A DNA stretch of 57,887 bases from Rhodoferax sp. (lineage in GTDB: Bacteria > Pseudomonadota > Gammaproteobacteria > Burkholderiales > Burkholderiaceae_C), in the NCBI GenBank assembly GCA_031397915.1, contig JANNMM010000069.1:1-57887 (forward strand), written 5' to 3'. Both the position numbers and the translations under genes were made by a program. Shown piece after piece: positions 38,630 to 47,911 of the stretch (the first letter of the stretch is position 1; each line of letters opens with the position of its first letter). The notes beneath the pieces were generated by a model. The model saw nothing but the letters and a program-made list of their open reading frames with translations. It did not search any database and was not told the DNA's origin.

Positions 38630-38670
38630 AGCGGGCCACAATTTGATGGTTTCGTTGGGGTTTCCCGGCC

Positions 38671-38698
38671 CTTGCAGTTTTTGGCAGTGGCCCCATGT
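38671..38698 (+). promoter_or_regulatory. Sigma-32 (heat-shock) type promoter upstream of clpP
   Basis: CTTGCAG-N13-CCCCATGT against consensus CTTGAAA-N13-15-CCCCATnT. Confidence 0.6.
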
Positions 38699-38761
38699 CA
38701 TCTTTAACTGCCCGCAAATCGTTGATTTGCAGCCGACTTGCGCATTTGACTTGGAGTAGCA

Positions 38762-39382
38762 ATGAACATTCAGAACTCAGCCTTTGAAACACAGGGCCTT
38801 GGCATGGTTCCCATGGTGATCGAGCAATCGGGCCGTGGTGAACGCTCCTACGATATCTATTCGCGCCTGCTCAAGGAGCGCGTGATTTTCCTGGTTGGCC
38901 CCGTCAATGACCAAACCGCCAACCTGGTGGTTGCCCAGTTGTTGTTCCTGGAAAGCGAAAACCCGGACAAGGACATCTCGTTTTACATCAATTCTCCCGG
39001 TGGTTCCGTCTCGGCGGGCATGGCGATTTTTGACACCATGAATTTCGTCAAGCCGGACGTATCCACCTTGTGCACCGGAATGGCGGCGAGCATGGGCGCG
39101 TTTTTGTTGGCTGCCGGGGCAAAAGGCAAACGCTTTTCATTGCCCAACTCCAAGGTCATGATTCACCAACCTTCGGGCGGAAGCCAGGGGCAAGCCACTG
39201 AAATTGAAATTCAGGCGCGGGAGATCCTCAAAACCCGCGAACAGCTCAACAAGATTCTGGCCGAGCGCACGGGCCAGCCGATAGAACGCATCGAGCGCGA
39301 CACGGAGCGCGACTACTACATGTCGGCCGACGAGTGCAAAGAATACGGTTTGATCGATCAGGTCATATCAAAACGCCCATGA
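38762..39382 (+). CDS. clpP: ATP-dependent Clp protease proteolytic subunit
   Basis: 206 aa; [29 protein letters not shown], catalytic GMAASMGAF. Confidence 0.95.
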   Translation: MNIQNSAFETQGLGMVPMVIEQSGRGERSYDIYSRLLKERVIFLVGPVNDQTANLVVAQLLFLESENPDKDISFYINSPGGSVSAGMAIFDTMNFVKPDVSTLCTGMAASMGAFLLAAGAKGKRFSLPNSKVMIHQPSGGSQGQATEIEIQAREILKTREQLNKILAERTGQPIERIERDTERDYYMSADECKEYGLIDQVISKRP

Positions 39383-39506
39383 TGGCGGCATTCTGATCCG
39401 GCTGTGGTTTGCTTGCAACTGCCGGGGCGACCTTTGGCCCGGGCGGGCAACGCCATCTGCCTGATTCGCTATCATCCAGAAACCACTGCTACAGGGTATT
39501 ACTGAC

Positions 39507-40772
39507 ATGGCCGAGAAAAAAGGTGCTTCCAGCGAAAAGACCCTTTATTGTTCGTTTTGCGGGAAGAGCCAGCACGAAGTCAAAAAGCTGATTGCCGGCC
39601 CCTCTGTGTTCGTGTGTGACGAGTGCATTGAGCTGTGCAACGAAATCATTCGCGACGAGTTGCCTGCCTCCGTTGAGGCACGTGATGGGCGTGGCGACCT
39701 GCCGACGCCGGTTGAAATCAAGGCCAACCTGGACAACTACGTGATTGGCCAGGAGCCTGCCAAGCGCATCCTTGCGGTGGCCGTTTACAACCACTACAAG
39801 CGCCTGCGCCACAAGGAAAAGGCGAAAAAGGACGACATCGAGCTTGCCAAAAGCAATATTCTGCTGATTGGGCCGACCGGTTCCGGAAAAACCCTTTTGG
39901 CGCAAACGTTGGCGCGTATGCTCGATGTGCCTTTTGTGATGGCGGACGCCACGACTTTGACGGAAGCTGGTTATGTCGGCGAAGACGTCGAAAACATCGT
40001 TCTCAAGCTTCTGCAGAGTTGCAATTACGAAGTCGAGCGGGCGCAGCGGGGCATTGTCTACATCGATGAAATCGACAAGATTTCGCGCAAATCAGACAAC
40101 CCGTCCATTACCCGGGATGTCTCGGGTGAGGGCGTACAGCAGGCGCTGCTCAAGCTGATCGAAGGCACCATGGCCAGCGTGCCGCCGCAGGGCGGGCGCA
40201 AACACCCGAACCAGGACTTCGTTCAAATTGACACCACCAACATCCTGTTCATCTGTGGCGGTGCATTCTCCGGCCTTGAGAAAGTGATCGAGCGGCGCAC
40301 GGAGTCTTCGGGAATCGGTTTTGGTGCTGCAGTGAAAAGCAAGGTACAACGCAGTTTGACGGAATCCTTCAAAGACGTCGAACCGGAGGATCTGATCAAA
40401 TTTGGCTTGATTCCCGAACTGGTGGGGCGCATGCCGGTTGTGGCAACACTTGCCGAACTCTCCGAAGATGCGCTGGTGCAAATTCTGGTCGAGCCCAAAA
40501 ATGCGCTGGTCAAGCAATACGGCAAATTGTTGGCCATGGAGGGCGTTGAACTTGAAATTCGCCCCTCGGCCCTCAAGGCCATCGCCAGGAAAGCCCTGGC
40601 CCGAAAAACCGGCGCCCGTGGTTTGCGCTCCATCGTTGAACAGGCGCTGATTGACACCATGTTCGAACTGCCTACGACGTCGAATGTCGACAAGGTCGTG
40701 GTCGACGAATCCACCATCGAAGAAAACAAGCCGCCACTGCTGGTCTACCGCGAAGTTGCCAAAAAAGCGTGA
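39507..40772 (+). CDS. clpX: ATP-dependent Clp protease ATP-binding subunit ClpX
   Basis: 421 aa; zinc-finger [26 protein letters not shown], Walker A GPTGSGKT. Confidence 0.95.
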   Translation: MAEKKGASSEKTLYCSFCGKSQHEVKKLIAGPSVFVCDECIELCNEIIRDELPASVEARDGRGDLPTPVEIKANLDNYVIGQEPAKRILAVAVYNHYKRLRHKEKAKKDDIELAKSNILLIGPTGSGKTLLAQTLARMLDVPFVMADATTLTEAGYVGEDVENIVLKLLQSCNYEVERAQRGIVYIDEIDKISRKSDNPSITRDVSGEGVQQALLKLIEGTMASVPPQGGRKHPNQDFVQIDTTNILFICGGAFSGLEKVIERRTESSGIGFGAAVKSKVQRSLTESFKDVEPEDLIKFGLIPELVGRMPVVATLAELSEDALVQILVEPKNALVKQYGKLLAMEGVELEIRPSALKAIARKALARKTGARGLRSIVEQALIDTMFELPTTSNVDKVVVDESTIEENKPPLLVYREVAKKA

Positions 40773-40810
40773 TCTATCTGGCTTGAACTGTCTGTAATTT
40801 AAAGGTTCCC

Positions 40811-43267
40811 ATGCCCGGCCATTCCCCTCTTCCCTCCGTCGCCATCGACCTGCCGCTGTTGCCATTGCGGGACGTGGTGGTGTTTCCCCACATGGTCATC
40901 CCGCTGTTTGTGGGGCGCCCGAAAAGCATCAAGGCGCTTGAAGCTGCGATGGAAGCCGAGCGGCGCATCATGCTGGTGGCGCAAAAAGCTGCGGCCAAAG
41001 ACGACCCGGTGGTTGCCGACATGTTTGAAGTCGGCTGCGTCTCTACGATCCTGCAAATGCTCAAGCTGCCGGATGGCACCGTCAAGGTGCTGGTCGAAGG
41101 CCAGCAGCGCGCACTTGTCAACAAAATTGAAGATGGCGAACTGTATTTTTCCGCCAATGTCACGCCCGTGGAGTCGGACGCCGAAATGTTGGCGAAGGCT
41201 GATGTCAAGGCCAGTGAAATTGAAGCCCTGCGTCGCGCTGTGATGCAGCAATTTGACCAGTACGTCAAACTCAACAAGAAAATCCCACCCGAAATTCTCA
41301 CGTCGATTTCCAGCATCGACGATCCAGGCCGTCTCGCAGACACGATCGCTGCGCATTTGCCGCTCAAACTCGAAAACAAACAGGTGGTGCTCGCGCTGTC
41401 CAACATCCAGGCACGGCTGGAGAACCTGTTCGAACAGATCGAGCGAGAAGTCGAGATTCTGAACGTCGACAAAAAAATCCGCGGGCGCGTCAAGCGCCAG
41501 ATGGAGAAAAACCAGCGGGACTTTTACCTCAACGAGCAGGTCAAAGCCATCCAGAAGGAGCTTGGGGAGGGGGAAGACGGCGCTGACATCGACGAGATCG
41601 AGAAAAAGATCAAGGCGGCAAAAATGCCCAAGGAGGCCTTGAAAAAGGCCGAGGGCGAGTTCAAGAAACTCAAGCTCATGTCGCCCATGTCGGCCGAAGC
41701 TACTGTGGTGCGCAACTACATCGACGTGCTCACCGGCCTTCCGTGGAGCACCAAGACAAAAATCAAGCACAACCTGCTCAATGCCGAAACCGTGCTCAAT
41801 GAAGACCACTACGGGCTTGATCGCGTCAAGGACCGCATTCTGGAATACCTCGCGGTGCAGCAACGCGTCGACAAGGTCAAGGCGCCGATCCTGTGCTTGG
41901 TCGGGCCACCCGGTGTGGGCAAAACTTCGCTGGGCCAATCAATCGCCAAGGCGACCGGCCGCAAATACGTGCGCATGGCCCTGGGCGGCATGCGTGACGA
42001 GGCCGAAATCCGCGGCCATCGGCGCACGTACATCGGGGCGATGCCCGGCAAGGTGTTGCAGAGCCTGGCAAAAGTGGGTGCGCGCAACCCGCTGTTCCTG
42101 CTCGACGAGATCGACAAACTGGGCACTGATTTCCGCGGCGACCCGTCCAGTGCCCTACTGGAAGTGCTCGACCCCGAGCAAAACCACAAGTTTGGCGACC
42201 ATTACGTCGAGGTGGATTTTGATTTGAGCGACGTGATGTTCGTTGCCACCTCCAACTCCATGAACATTCCACCGGCGCTGCTCGACCGCATGGAAGTCAT
42301 CCGCTTGTCGGGTTATACCGAAGACGAAAAAACCAACATCGCCTGCCGCTACCTTTTGCCCAAGCAATTGAAAAACAATGGCGTGAAAGAAGCCGAACTG
42401 CACGTCACGGAAGACGCGGTGCGCGACATCGTGCGTTATTACACGCGTGAAGCCGGCGTGCGATCGCTTGAGCGGGAACTCTCCAAAATCTGCCGTAAGG
42501 TGGTAAAGGGCCTGCAACTCAAGAAAATGACGCCGCAAGTCAAGGTTGACGCCAACAACCTCAACGATTTCCTGGGTGTTCGCAAGTTCACTTATGGCCG
42601 CGCGGAAGAGCAAAACCAGGTCGGCCAGGTGGTCGGTCTGGCCTGGACGGAAGTGGGTGGTGACCTCCTGACCATCGAAGCGGCGATCATGCCCGGCAAG
42701 GGCGTCATCACGCGCACCGGTTCGCTGGGCGATGTGATGAAAGAGTCGGTCGAAGCCGCGCGCACGGTGGTGCGTAGCCGGGCCGCCCGCCTGGGCATCA
42801 AAGACGAAACCTTCGAGAAGAAAGACATCCACATCCACGTGCCCGATGGTGCAACACCCAAAGACGGCCCCAGTGCGGGCGCGGCCATGACGACCGCCTT
42901 TGTCTCGGCGTTGACGGGCATTCCCGTGCGGGGCGACGTGGCAATGACTGGCGAGATTACCCTGCGCGGTGAAGTGACGGCGATTGGTGGCCTCAAGGAG
43001 AAGTTGCTGGCAGCCCTGCGTGGCGGCATCAAGACGGTGCTGATCCCGGAGGAGAACGCCAAGGACCTTCAGGAGATCCCTGAAAACGTCAAGAACAACC
43101 TGGAAATCGTGCCGGTACGCTGGATCGACAAGGTACTGGAAATCGCGTTGGTGCGCATGCCCCAGCCTTTGCAGGACGAGCCGGTGGCAGTTGCGGCGCC
43201 CGTTCCGGTGCTCGGCGTGGCCGAAGTTGGCCATGCCGTGGTCCCTGGCGAGGCCGTCAAACATTGA
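40811..43267 (+). CDS. lon: Lon protease
   Basis: 818 aa; LPLLPLRDVVVFPHMVIPLFVGR, Walker A GPPGVGKTS, catalytic PKDGPSAG. Confidence 0.95.
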   Translation: MPGHSPLPSVAIDLPLLPLRDVVVFPHMVIPLFVGRPKSIKALEAAMEAERRIMLVAQKAAAKDDPVVADMFEVGCVSTILQMLKLPDGTVKVLVEGQQRALVNKIEDGELYFSANVTPVESDAEMLAKADVKASEIEALRRAVMQQFDQYVKLNKKIPPEILTSISSIDDPGRLADTIAAHLPLKLENKQVVLALSNIQARLENLFEQIEREVEILNVDKKIRGRVKRQMEKNQRDFYLNEQVKAIQKELGEGEDGADIDEIEKKIKAAKMPKEALKKAEGEFKKLKLMSPMSAEATVVRNYIDVLTGLPWSTKTKIKHNLLNAETVLNEDHYGLDRVKDRILEYLAVQQRVDKVKAPILCLVGPPGVGKTSLGQSIAKATGRKYVRMALGGMRDEAEIRGHRRTYIGAMPGKVLQSLAKVGARNPLFLLDEIDKLGTDFRGDPSSALLEVLDPEQNHKFGDHYVEVDFDLSDVMFVATSNSMNIPPALLDRMEVIRLSGYTEDEKTNIACRYLLPKQLKNNGVKEAELHVTEDAVRDIVRYYTREAGVRSLERELSKICRKVVKGLQLKKMTPQVKVDANNLNDFLGVRKFTYGRAEEQNQVGQVVGLAWTEVGGDLLTIEAAIMPGKGVITRTGSLGDVMKESVEAARTVVRSRAARLGIKDETFEKKDIHIHVPDGATPKDGPSAGAAMTTAFVSALTGIPVRGDVAMTGEITLRGEVTAIGGLKEKLLAALRGGIKTVLIPEENAKDLQEIPENVKNNLEIVPVRWIDKVLEIALVRMPQPLQDEPVAVAAPVPVLGVAEVGHAVVPGEAVKH

Positions 43268-43345
43268 TATCGCGGGGCTCGCCGCACACATGTACCGGTG
43301 CGCGGACAAGCGCCATGTGTTACGCATGTTTTTGTGCCGCCCCTG

Positions 43346-43374
43346 CTGTGAACGGGTGAAAACTGCGCTATAAT
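43346..43374 (+). promoter_or_regulatory. Possible sigma-70 promoter for the tRNA cluster
   Basis: Perfect TATAAT at 43369-43374, 15 bp before tRNA-Gly; weak -35 (CTGTGA). Confidence 0.4.
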
Positions 43375-43388
43375 TTGAGGCTTGAAAT

Positions 43389-43464
43389 GCGGGAATAGCT
43401 CAGTTGGTAGAGCGCAACCTTGCCAAGGTTGAGGTCGAGAGTTCGAGACTCTTTTCCCGCTCCA
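43389..43464 (+). tRNA. tRNA-Gly (anticodon GCC)
   Basis: 76 nt; GCGGGAA/TTCCCGC acceptor stem, anticodon loop TTGCCAA, encoded CCA. Confidence 0.92.
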
Positions 43465-43473
43465 GATTTTGTA

Positions 43474-43499
43474 AAAGGGAAGCTGTGGCTTCCCTTTTT
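43474..43499 (+). terminator. Terminator-like hairpin between tRNA-Gly and tRNA-Cys
   Basis: AAAGGGAAGC-TGTG-GCTTCCCTTT followed by TT. Confidence 0.5.
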
Positions 43500-43502
43500 G
43501 CT

Positions 43503-43576
43503 GGCGCGATAGCAAATCGGTTATGCAACGGATTGCAAATCCGTCTAGCCCGGTTCGACTCCGGGTCGCGCCTCCA
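43503..43576 (+). tRNA. tRNA-Cys (anticodon GCA)
   Basis: 74 nt; GGCGCGA/TCGCGCC acceptor stem, anticodon loop TTGCAAA, encoded CCA. Confidence 0.92.
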
Positions 43577-43583
43577 GTTCATG

Positions 43584-43617
43584 AGCCTCGCCGTCCCAGG
43601 ATGGCGGGGCTTTTTGT
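43584..43617 (+). terminator. Terminator-like hairpin after tRNA-Cys
   Basis: AGCCTCGCC...GGCGGGGCT stem (one G-U pair) followed by TTTTTGTTT. Confidence 0.5.
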
Positions 43618-43645
43618 TTGACTTTTGTTTGACAATGGCTCCGTT

Positions 43646-43737
43646 GCCCGAGTGGTGAAATTGGTAGACACATCGGACTTAAAATCCGCCGCTTCCGTAA
43701 AAGGGGCGTACCGGTTCGATTCCGGTCTCGGGCACCA
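43646..43737 (+). tRNA. tRNA-Leu (anticodon TAA)
   Basis: 92 nt; GCCCGAG/CTCGGGC acceptor stem, anticodon loop CTTAAAA, unusually long variable arm (CGCTTCCGTAAAAGGGGCG), encoded CCA. The Gly-Cys-Leu order matches E. coli glyW-cysT-leuZ. Confidence 0.88.
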
Positions 43738-43834
43738 CGCTTTTGAACAATTTGACCGTCCTGAAGTCGGCAACCCCGGGCTCTGAGGCCCGATGGTTTG
43801 AAGTTCCCTCATTTAACATTACACTGATTCGGCA

Positions 43835-44476
43835 ATGCCCAGACAAGACGCCCCCTTTGAGATCCATGTGCACGGCCAGATCAAGCTGCGCGACGACGTG
43901 GTGTTCCCCCAGATCCAGGAGGCCTTGAAGCCACTATGGAAATACGCGGGCGCCAAGTCGCTGGCTGACGGCGCGGCCAGCGTCTACGAGGAGGAGCCCG
44001 GCATCCAGTTTGAGCCCAAGGAGCATCTGCTTCAGATGTGCTGGACGGTGGAGGGCGACGAAGACTTCCGCCAGGCGCTGGATGAAATGTGCATGAGCCT
44101 CAACGAGCTGTCGCAAACCGGCGCGGCCATTGAGGTCACTTTCTACGACACCGAGTTTGACGAAGACGGCGAGGAAGACACCGATGACGAGTCGCGTGAC
44201 GACTTTGTCATGCTCTTCATTGGCCCCAACCCGGCGGCCATCATGCAGGTGCAGCGCGACCTGCTGGTGCAGGACATGATCGGCCTGATGGAGCGGCACT
44301 TTGACGGCGCCGAGTTGTCCGGTGTGGTGGCAGAGATCGACAAACTTTTTGCCGGCCGCTTTGACGCCCTGGTGAGCTCGCTGGAAATCGGGCGGCCACC
44401 GCGTGGCCCGGGGGGCGCCGGTGGCCACGGTGGGCCGGGGCATGGCGGTGGACGCAAACCGCGACACCTGCATTGA
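43835..44476 (+). CDS. Hypothetical acidic protein with Gly-rich basic tail
   Basis: 213 aa; acidic stretch (DTEFDEDGEEDTDDESRDD), C-terminal GRPPRGPGGAGGHGGPGHGGGRKPRHLH; no family recognised. Confidence 0.6.
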   Translation: MPRQDAPFEIHVHGQIKLRDDVVFPQIQEALKPLWKYAGAKSLADGAASVYEEEPGIQFEPKEHLLQMCWTVEGDEDFRQALDEMCMSLNELSQTGAAIEVTFYDTEFDEDGEEDTDDESRDDFVMLFIGPNPAAIMQVQRDLLVQDMIGLMERHFDGAELSGVVAEIDKLFAGRFDALVSSLEIGRPPRGPGGAGGHGGPGHGGGRKPRHLH

Positions 44477-44534
44477 CGCACTGGCACTGACGCGATTCGT
44501 ACCCACCCGGTGGTGCAGCGCTTTCTGCGCTTGA

Positions 44535-44722
44535 GGATTTATCTTCTATCTGAAATATTTACTGAAGATAAATCCATATCAAGTCACGTATTTACTTGAT
44601 TTTATACTATTAAAAAAATAGTAAAAATTGACAAATAATAGTCAATTATCCAAGTAAAATACGTAATCAACTAATTTTATAAAACTCTGAGGCCAAGAAT
44701 TAACATGGGTGTTAATTATGGT
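44535..44722. other. AT-rich (~190 bp) non-coding segment with nested inverted repeats
   Basis: IR1 GGATTTATCTTC/GAAGATAAATCC (44535-44546 / 44564-44575); IR2 ACGTATTTACTTG / CAAGTAAAATACGT (44586-44598 / 44651-44664); IR3 ATTGAC-N8-GTCAAT (44627-44646); IR4 AATTAACA-TGGG-TGTTAATT (44698-44717). Confidence 0.85.
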
Positions 44723-44725
44723 TGC

Positions 44726-45430
44726 TCACCGTTTTTCGTACTGGGTCTTCCCAAACAGGATAACCCGCGACTTGTCATCGGTGATGGGCTTGCGCAGCGC
44801 CGCCAGCACCGACACACCGCGTTGCACAGCGGGCCGTTCGGCAATCTTGTCAAACCAGGCCTTCAGATGCGGGTAGTCGGTCAACACAATGCCCTGGTTG
44901 GCCCAATTGCGCAGCCACGGGAAGATGGCGATGTCGGCGATCGTGTACTGGTTGCCGGCAATGAATTTGTGTGCGGCCAGCTGCTTGTCAATCACGCCAT
45001 ACATGCGTTTGGCCTCGTTGGTGTAACGGTTGATCGCGTACTCGAGCTTCTCGGGCGCATAGAGGCGAAAGTGGTGGTTTTGCCCCAGCATGGGCCCGAC
45101 GCCGCCCATCTGGAACATCAGCCACTGCAAGACATCGTATTTTTGACGGTCTGACTGGGGCATGAATTTGCCAAACTTTGCCGCCAGGTAAATCAGGATT
45201 GCACCGGATTCAAACACCGACATCGGTTTGCCGTCCGGGCCCTTGGGGTCCACCAGCGCCGGGATCTTGTTGTTCGGGCTGATTTTCAGAAACTCTGGCT
45301 TGAACTGGTCGCCCGTGCCGATATTGACCGGAATGGCCCGCCAGTCAAAGTCCAGACGCAGGCCACACTCCTCCAGCATGATGTGCACCTTGTGGCCATT
45401 GGGCGTGGGCCAGGAATAGACGTCAATCAT
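44726..45430 (-). CDS. Glutathione S-transferase (Nu-class, YfcG-like)
   Basis: 234 aa; MIDVYSWPTPNGHKV...ISPNNKIPALVD...ESGAILIYLA...GGVGPMLGQNHHF, colinear by recall with E. coli YfcG. Confidence 0.88.
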   Translation of the reverse strand: MIDVYSWPTPNGHKVHIMLEECGLRLDFDWRAIPVNIGTGDQFKPEFLKISPNNKIPALVDPKGPDGKPMSVFESGAILIYLAAKFGKFMPQSDRQKYDVLQWLMFQMGGVGPMLGQNHHFRLYAPEKLEYAINRYTNEAKRMYGVIDKQLAAHKFIAGNQYTIADIAIFPWLRNWANQGIVLTDYPHLKAWFDKIAERPAVQRGVSVLAALRKPITDDKSRVILFGKTQYEKR

Positions 45431-45444
45431 GGCGCGGGCCCGAC

Positions 45445-46719
45445 TCAGCTGCCGCGGGTGATGGGCATTTCCACCTCGCGCGGGTTGGCCGCGTATTTGC
45501 CCAGCTCCAGCTTGGCGATGGCGTTGCGGTGCACCTCGTCCGGGCCGTCTGCAAAGCGCAGGGTGCGCGCCGCCGTGAAGCTGTAGGCCAGGGGGAAGTC
45601 GTCACTCATGCCGCCACCGCCGTGCACCTGCATGGCCCAGTCGATCACCTGGCAGGCCATGTTCGGCGCGACCACCTTGATCATGGCGATTTCGTTTTTG
45701 GCGACCTTGTTGCCGGCGATGTCCATCAGCCAGGCCGCTTTCAGGGTGAGCAGGCGCGCCATGTCGATCTTGCAACGCGCTTCGGCGATGCGTTCCTGCG
45801 TCACGGTCTGTGCCGCGACTGTTTTGCCGAAGGCCACACGCGACGAGGCGCGTTTGCACATCAGCTCGAGTGCGCGCTCGGCCAGGCCAATGAGGCGCAT
45901 GCAATGGTGGATGCGCCCGGGCCCGAGGCGTCCCTGAGCGATCTCGAAGCCGCGGCCTTCACCGAGCAGGATGTTGCTGGTGGGCACGGTCACGTCCTTG
46001 AAGAGCACTTCCATGTGGCCGTGTGGCGCGTCGTCGTAGCCAAATACGCTGAGCGGGCGCACGATGGTGATGCCGGGCGTGTTGGCGGGCACCAGCACCA
46101 TGCTTTGCTGCGAATGGCGCGGCGCCTCCGGGTCGGTCTTGCCCATCAGGATGTAGACAGCGCAGCGCGGGTCACCCGCGCCGCTGGTCCTCCATTTGCG
46201 GCCGTTGATGACGTAGTTGTCACCCTTCTTGTCAATGCGGGTGGCGATGTTGGTGGCGTCGGAGGAGGCAACGTCAGGCTCGGTCATTGCGAAAGCTGAG
46301 CGAATTTTTCCTTCGAGCAGCGGCTTGAGCCAGCGCTCCTTGTTGGCCGCGTCGCCGTAGCGCGCGATGGTTTCCATGTTGCCGGTGTCGGGTGCCGAGC
46401 AGTTGAAGACCTCGGACGACCACAACACACGGCCCATGATTTCGGCCAGGGGTGCGTATTCCTGATTCGTAAGGCCCGCTCCGCTGTAGCCCGAGGCGTG
46501 GGCACTGTCGACCGGGAGAAACAGGTTCCAGAGCCCTGCAGCCTGCGCTTTGGGCTTCAGGTTTTCAATCGTCTGCAACGGCGTCCAGCGTTTGCCGGCG
46601 TTGGAATTGGCGACAATTTCAGCGTGGTAGGCGGCTTCGGCCGGGTAAATGTGGTCGTCCATGAATCGCTGCAATCTGGCTTGCAGGTCTTTGGTTTTGG
46701 GTGAGAAGTCAAAGTCCAT
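45445..46719 (-). CDS. Acyl-CoA dehydrogenase family protein (ACAD10/11 C-terminal-domain-like)
   Basis: 424 aa; ACAD fold motifs ([15 protein letters not shown]..., C-terminal [10 protein letters not shown]). Confidence 0.88.
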   Translation of the reverse strand: MDFDFSPKTKDLQARLQRFMDDHIYPAEAAYHAEIVANSNAGKRWTPLQTIENLKPKAQAAGLWNLFLPVDSAHASGYSGAGLTNQEYAPLAEIMGRVLWSSEVFNCSAPDTGNMETIARYGDAANKERWLKPLLEGKIRSAFAMTEPDVASSDATNIATRIDKKGDNYVINGRKWRTSGAGDPRCAVYILMGKTDPEAPRHSQQSMVLVPANTPGITIVRPLSVFGYDDAPHGHMEVLFKDVTVPTSNILLGEGRGFEIAQGRLGPGRIHHCMRLIGLAERALELMCKRASSRVAFGKTVAAQTVTQERIAEARCKIDMARLLTLKAAWLMDIAGNKVAKNEIAMIKVVAPNMACQVIDWAMQVHGGGGMSDDFPLAYSFTAARTLRFADGPDEVHRNAIAKLELGKYAANPREVEMPITRGS

Positions 46720-46819
46720 GGGTGTCTCCGGTGTGTGGTGTGGCGCATGAGTTTAAGGTGCAAGGCCATGCAGGGAAGTCGCCTGCCTGACTCGTGGGGT
46801 CGGCGAGCGGCAGGCAGCC

Positions 46820-47905
46820 TCAGGCTTTTTGTGCAAATTTCCAGGCCAGCTCGGCCAGCGGACGTGCGCCAGCGCCCGAGCTGACAGCCTGGGCGCTGGA
46901 CGCGGTGCCCGCCTCCACGCGTTTGGCAATGCCCTGCAGGATGGCCGCCAGGCGAAACATGTTGTAAGCAACGAAAAAATTCCAGTCGGCCTTGAGATCC
47001 TGCGGCGTCGCAAATTGGGTGCGTTTGCAGTAGCGCCGAATGTATTCTTCCTCGCTTGGAATGCCCAGGCTGGCGATGTCCAGCCCGCCGATGCCGCGCC
47101 CGAGTTCGTGTGGCATGTGCCAGGTCATGCAGTGGTAGCTGAAATCGGCCAGCGGATGGCCCAGCGTGGAGAGTTCCCAGTCGAGCACAGCCACCACACG
47201 CGGCTCCGTGGCATGGAACATCATGTTGTCCAGGCGGAAATCGCCATGCACGATGCTGACCATCGTCTCCGAGCGGGCGATCGCCGGCATGTTTTGCGGC
47301 AGCCACTCCATCATGCGGTCCATCTCGGGAATCGGCTGGGTGATGGAGGCGACGTATTGCTTGCTCCAGCGGCCGATCTGGCGCTCGAAATAGTTGCCGG
47401 GTTTGCCGAAATTGGCGAGGCCCCGTCCGGCAAACTTCACCGTGTGCAGGGCTGCGATGACGCGGTTCATTTCGTCGTAGATTTCGTCACGCTGGGCGTG
47501 GCTCATGCCCGGCAGGGTCTGGTCCCACATCACGCGACCCTGTTTGAATTCCATGATGAAGAAGGCGCGGCCAATCACGGATTCATCTTCACACAGGCAA
47601 AACATCTGCGGTACGGGCACGTCGCTGCCCGCGAGGCCTTTCATCACGGCAAATTCGCGCTCGACCGCATGGGCGGAAGGCAACAGCTTGGCCACCGGGC
47701 CGGGTTTGGCGCGCATCACGTAGCTTTGGCCGGGGGTGGTGAGCTTGTAAGTCGGGTTGGACTGGCCACCCTTGAACGACTCCACCCTCAGCGGCCCCTT
47801 GAATCCGGGCAGGTTTTTCTCAAGCCATACCGACAGGGCGGTCACGTCAAAGGATAGTTTTTCCGAGACAGGCTGGGTGCCCACAAAATGGTCAAAGTTG
47901 CTCAT
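46820..47905 (-). CDS. Phosphotransferase (APH/kinase-fold) family protein
   Basis: 361 aa; GGQSNPTY nucleotide-binding region, catalytic-loop HGDFRLDNMMF, DWELSTLGHP. Confidence 0.85.
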   Translation of the reverse strand: MSNFDHFVGTQPVSEKLSFDVTALSVWLEKNLPGFKGPLRVESFKGGQSNPTYKLTTPGQSYVMRAKPGPVAKLLPSAHAVEREFAVMKGLAGSDVPVPQMFCLCEDESVIGRAFFIMEFKQGRVMWDQTLPGMSHAQRDEIYDEMNRVIAALHTVKFAGRGLANFGKPGNYFERQIGRWSKQYVASITQPIPEMDRMMEWLPQNMPAIARSETMVSIVHGDFRLDNMMFHATEPRVVAVLDWELSTLGHPLADFSYHCMTWHMPHELGRGIGGLDIASLGIPSEEEYIRRYCKRTQFATPQDLKADWNFFVAYNMFRLAAILQGIAKRVEAGTASSAQAVSSGAGARPLAELAWKFAQKA

Positions 47906-47911
47906 AGGGTT

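Noticed and set aside
40781-40815. CTTGAAC...CCCATGCC as a sigma-32 promoter for lon
   Set aside because: The putative -10 overlaps the lon start codon (40811), and the N-terminus from 40811 aligns with canonical Lon. A promoter here would start transcription inside the gene.
43286-43333. Hairpin after lon as a canonical terminator
   Set aside because: The stem is interrupted and the T-run lies about 9 nt beyond it, so it was left unannotated.
44646-44654. DnaA-box-like TTATCCAAG in the AT-rich segment, considered as an origin or dif-like site
   Set aside because: It is a single imperfect box with no cluster, no dnaA/dnaN context, and no XerCD dif-like 28-mer.
43737-44730. Second tRNA-associated island downstream of tRNA-Leu(TAA)
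   Set aside because: I found no duplicate of the tRNA-Leu 3' end and no integrase. Only an orphan gene and AT-rich DNA are present.
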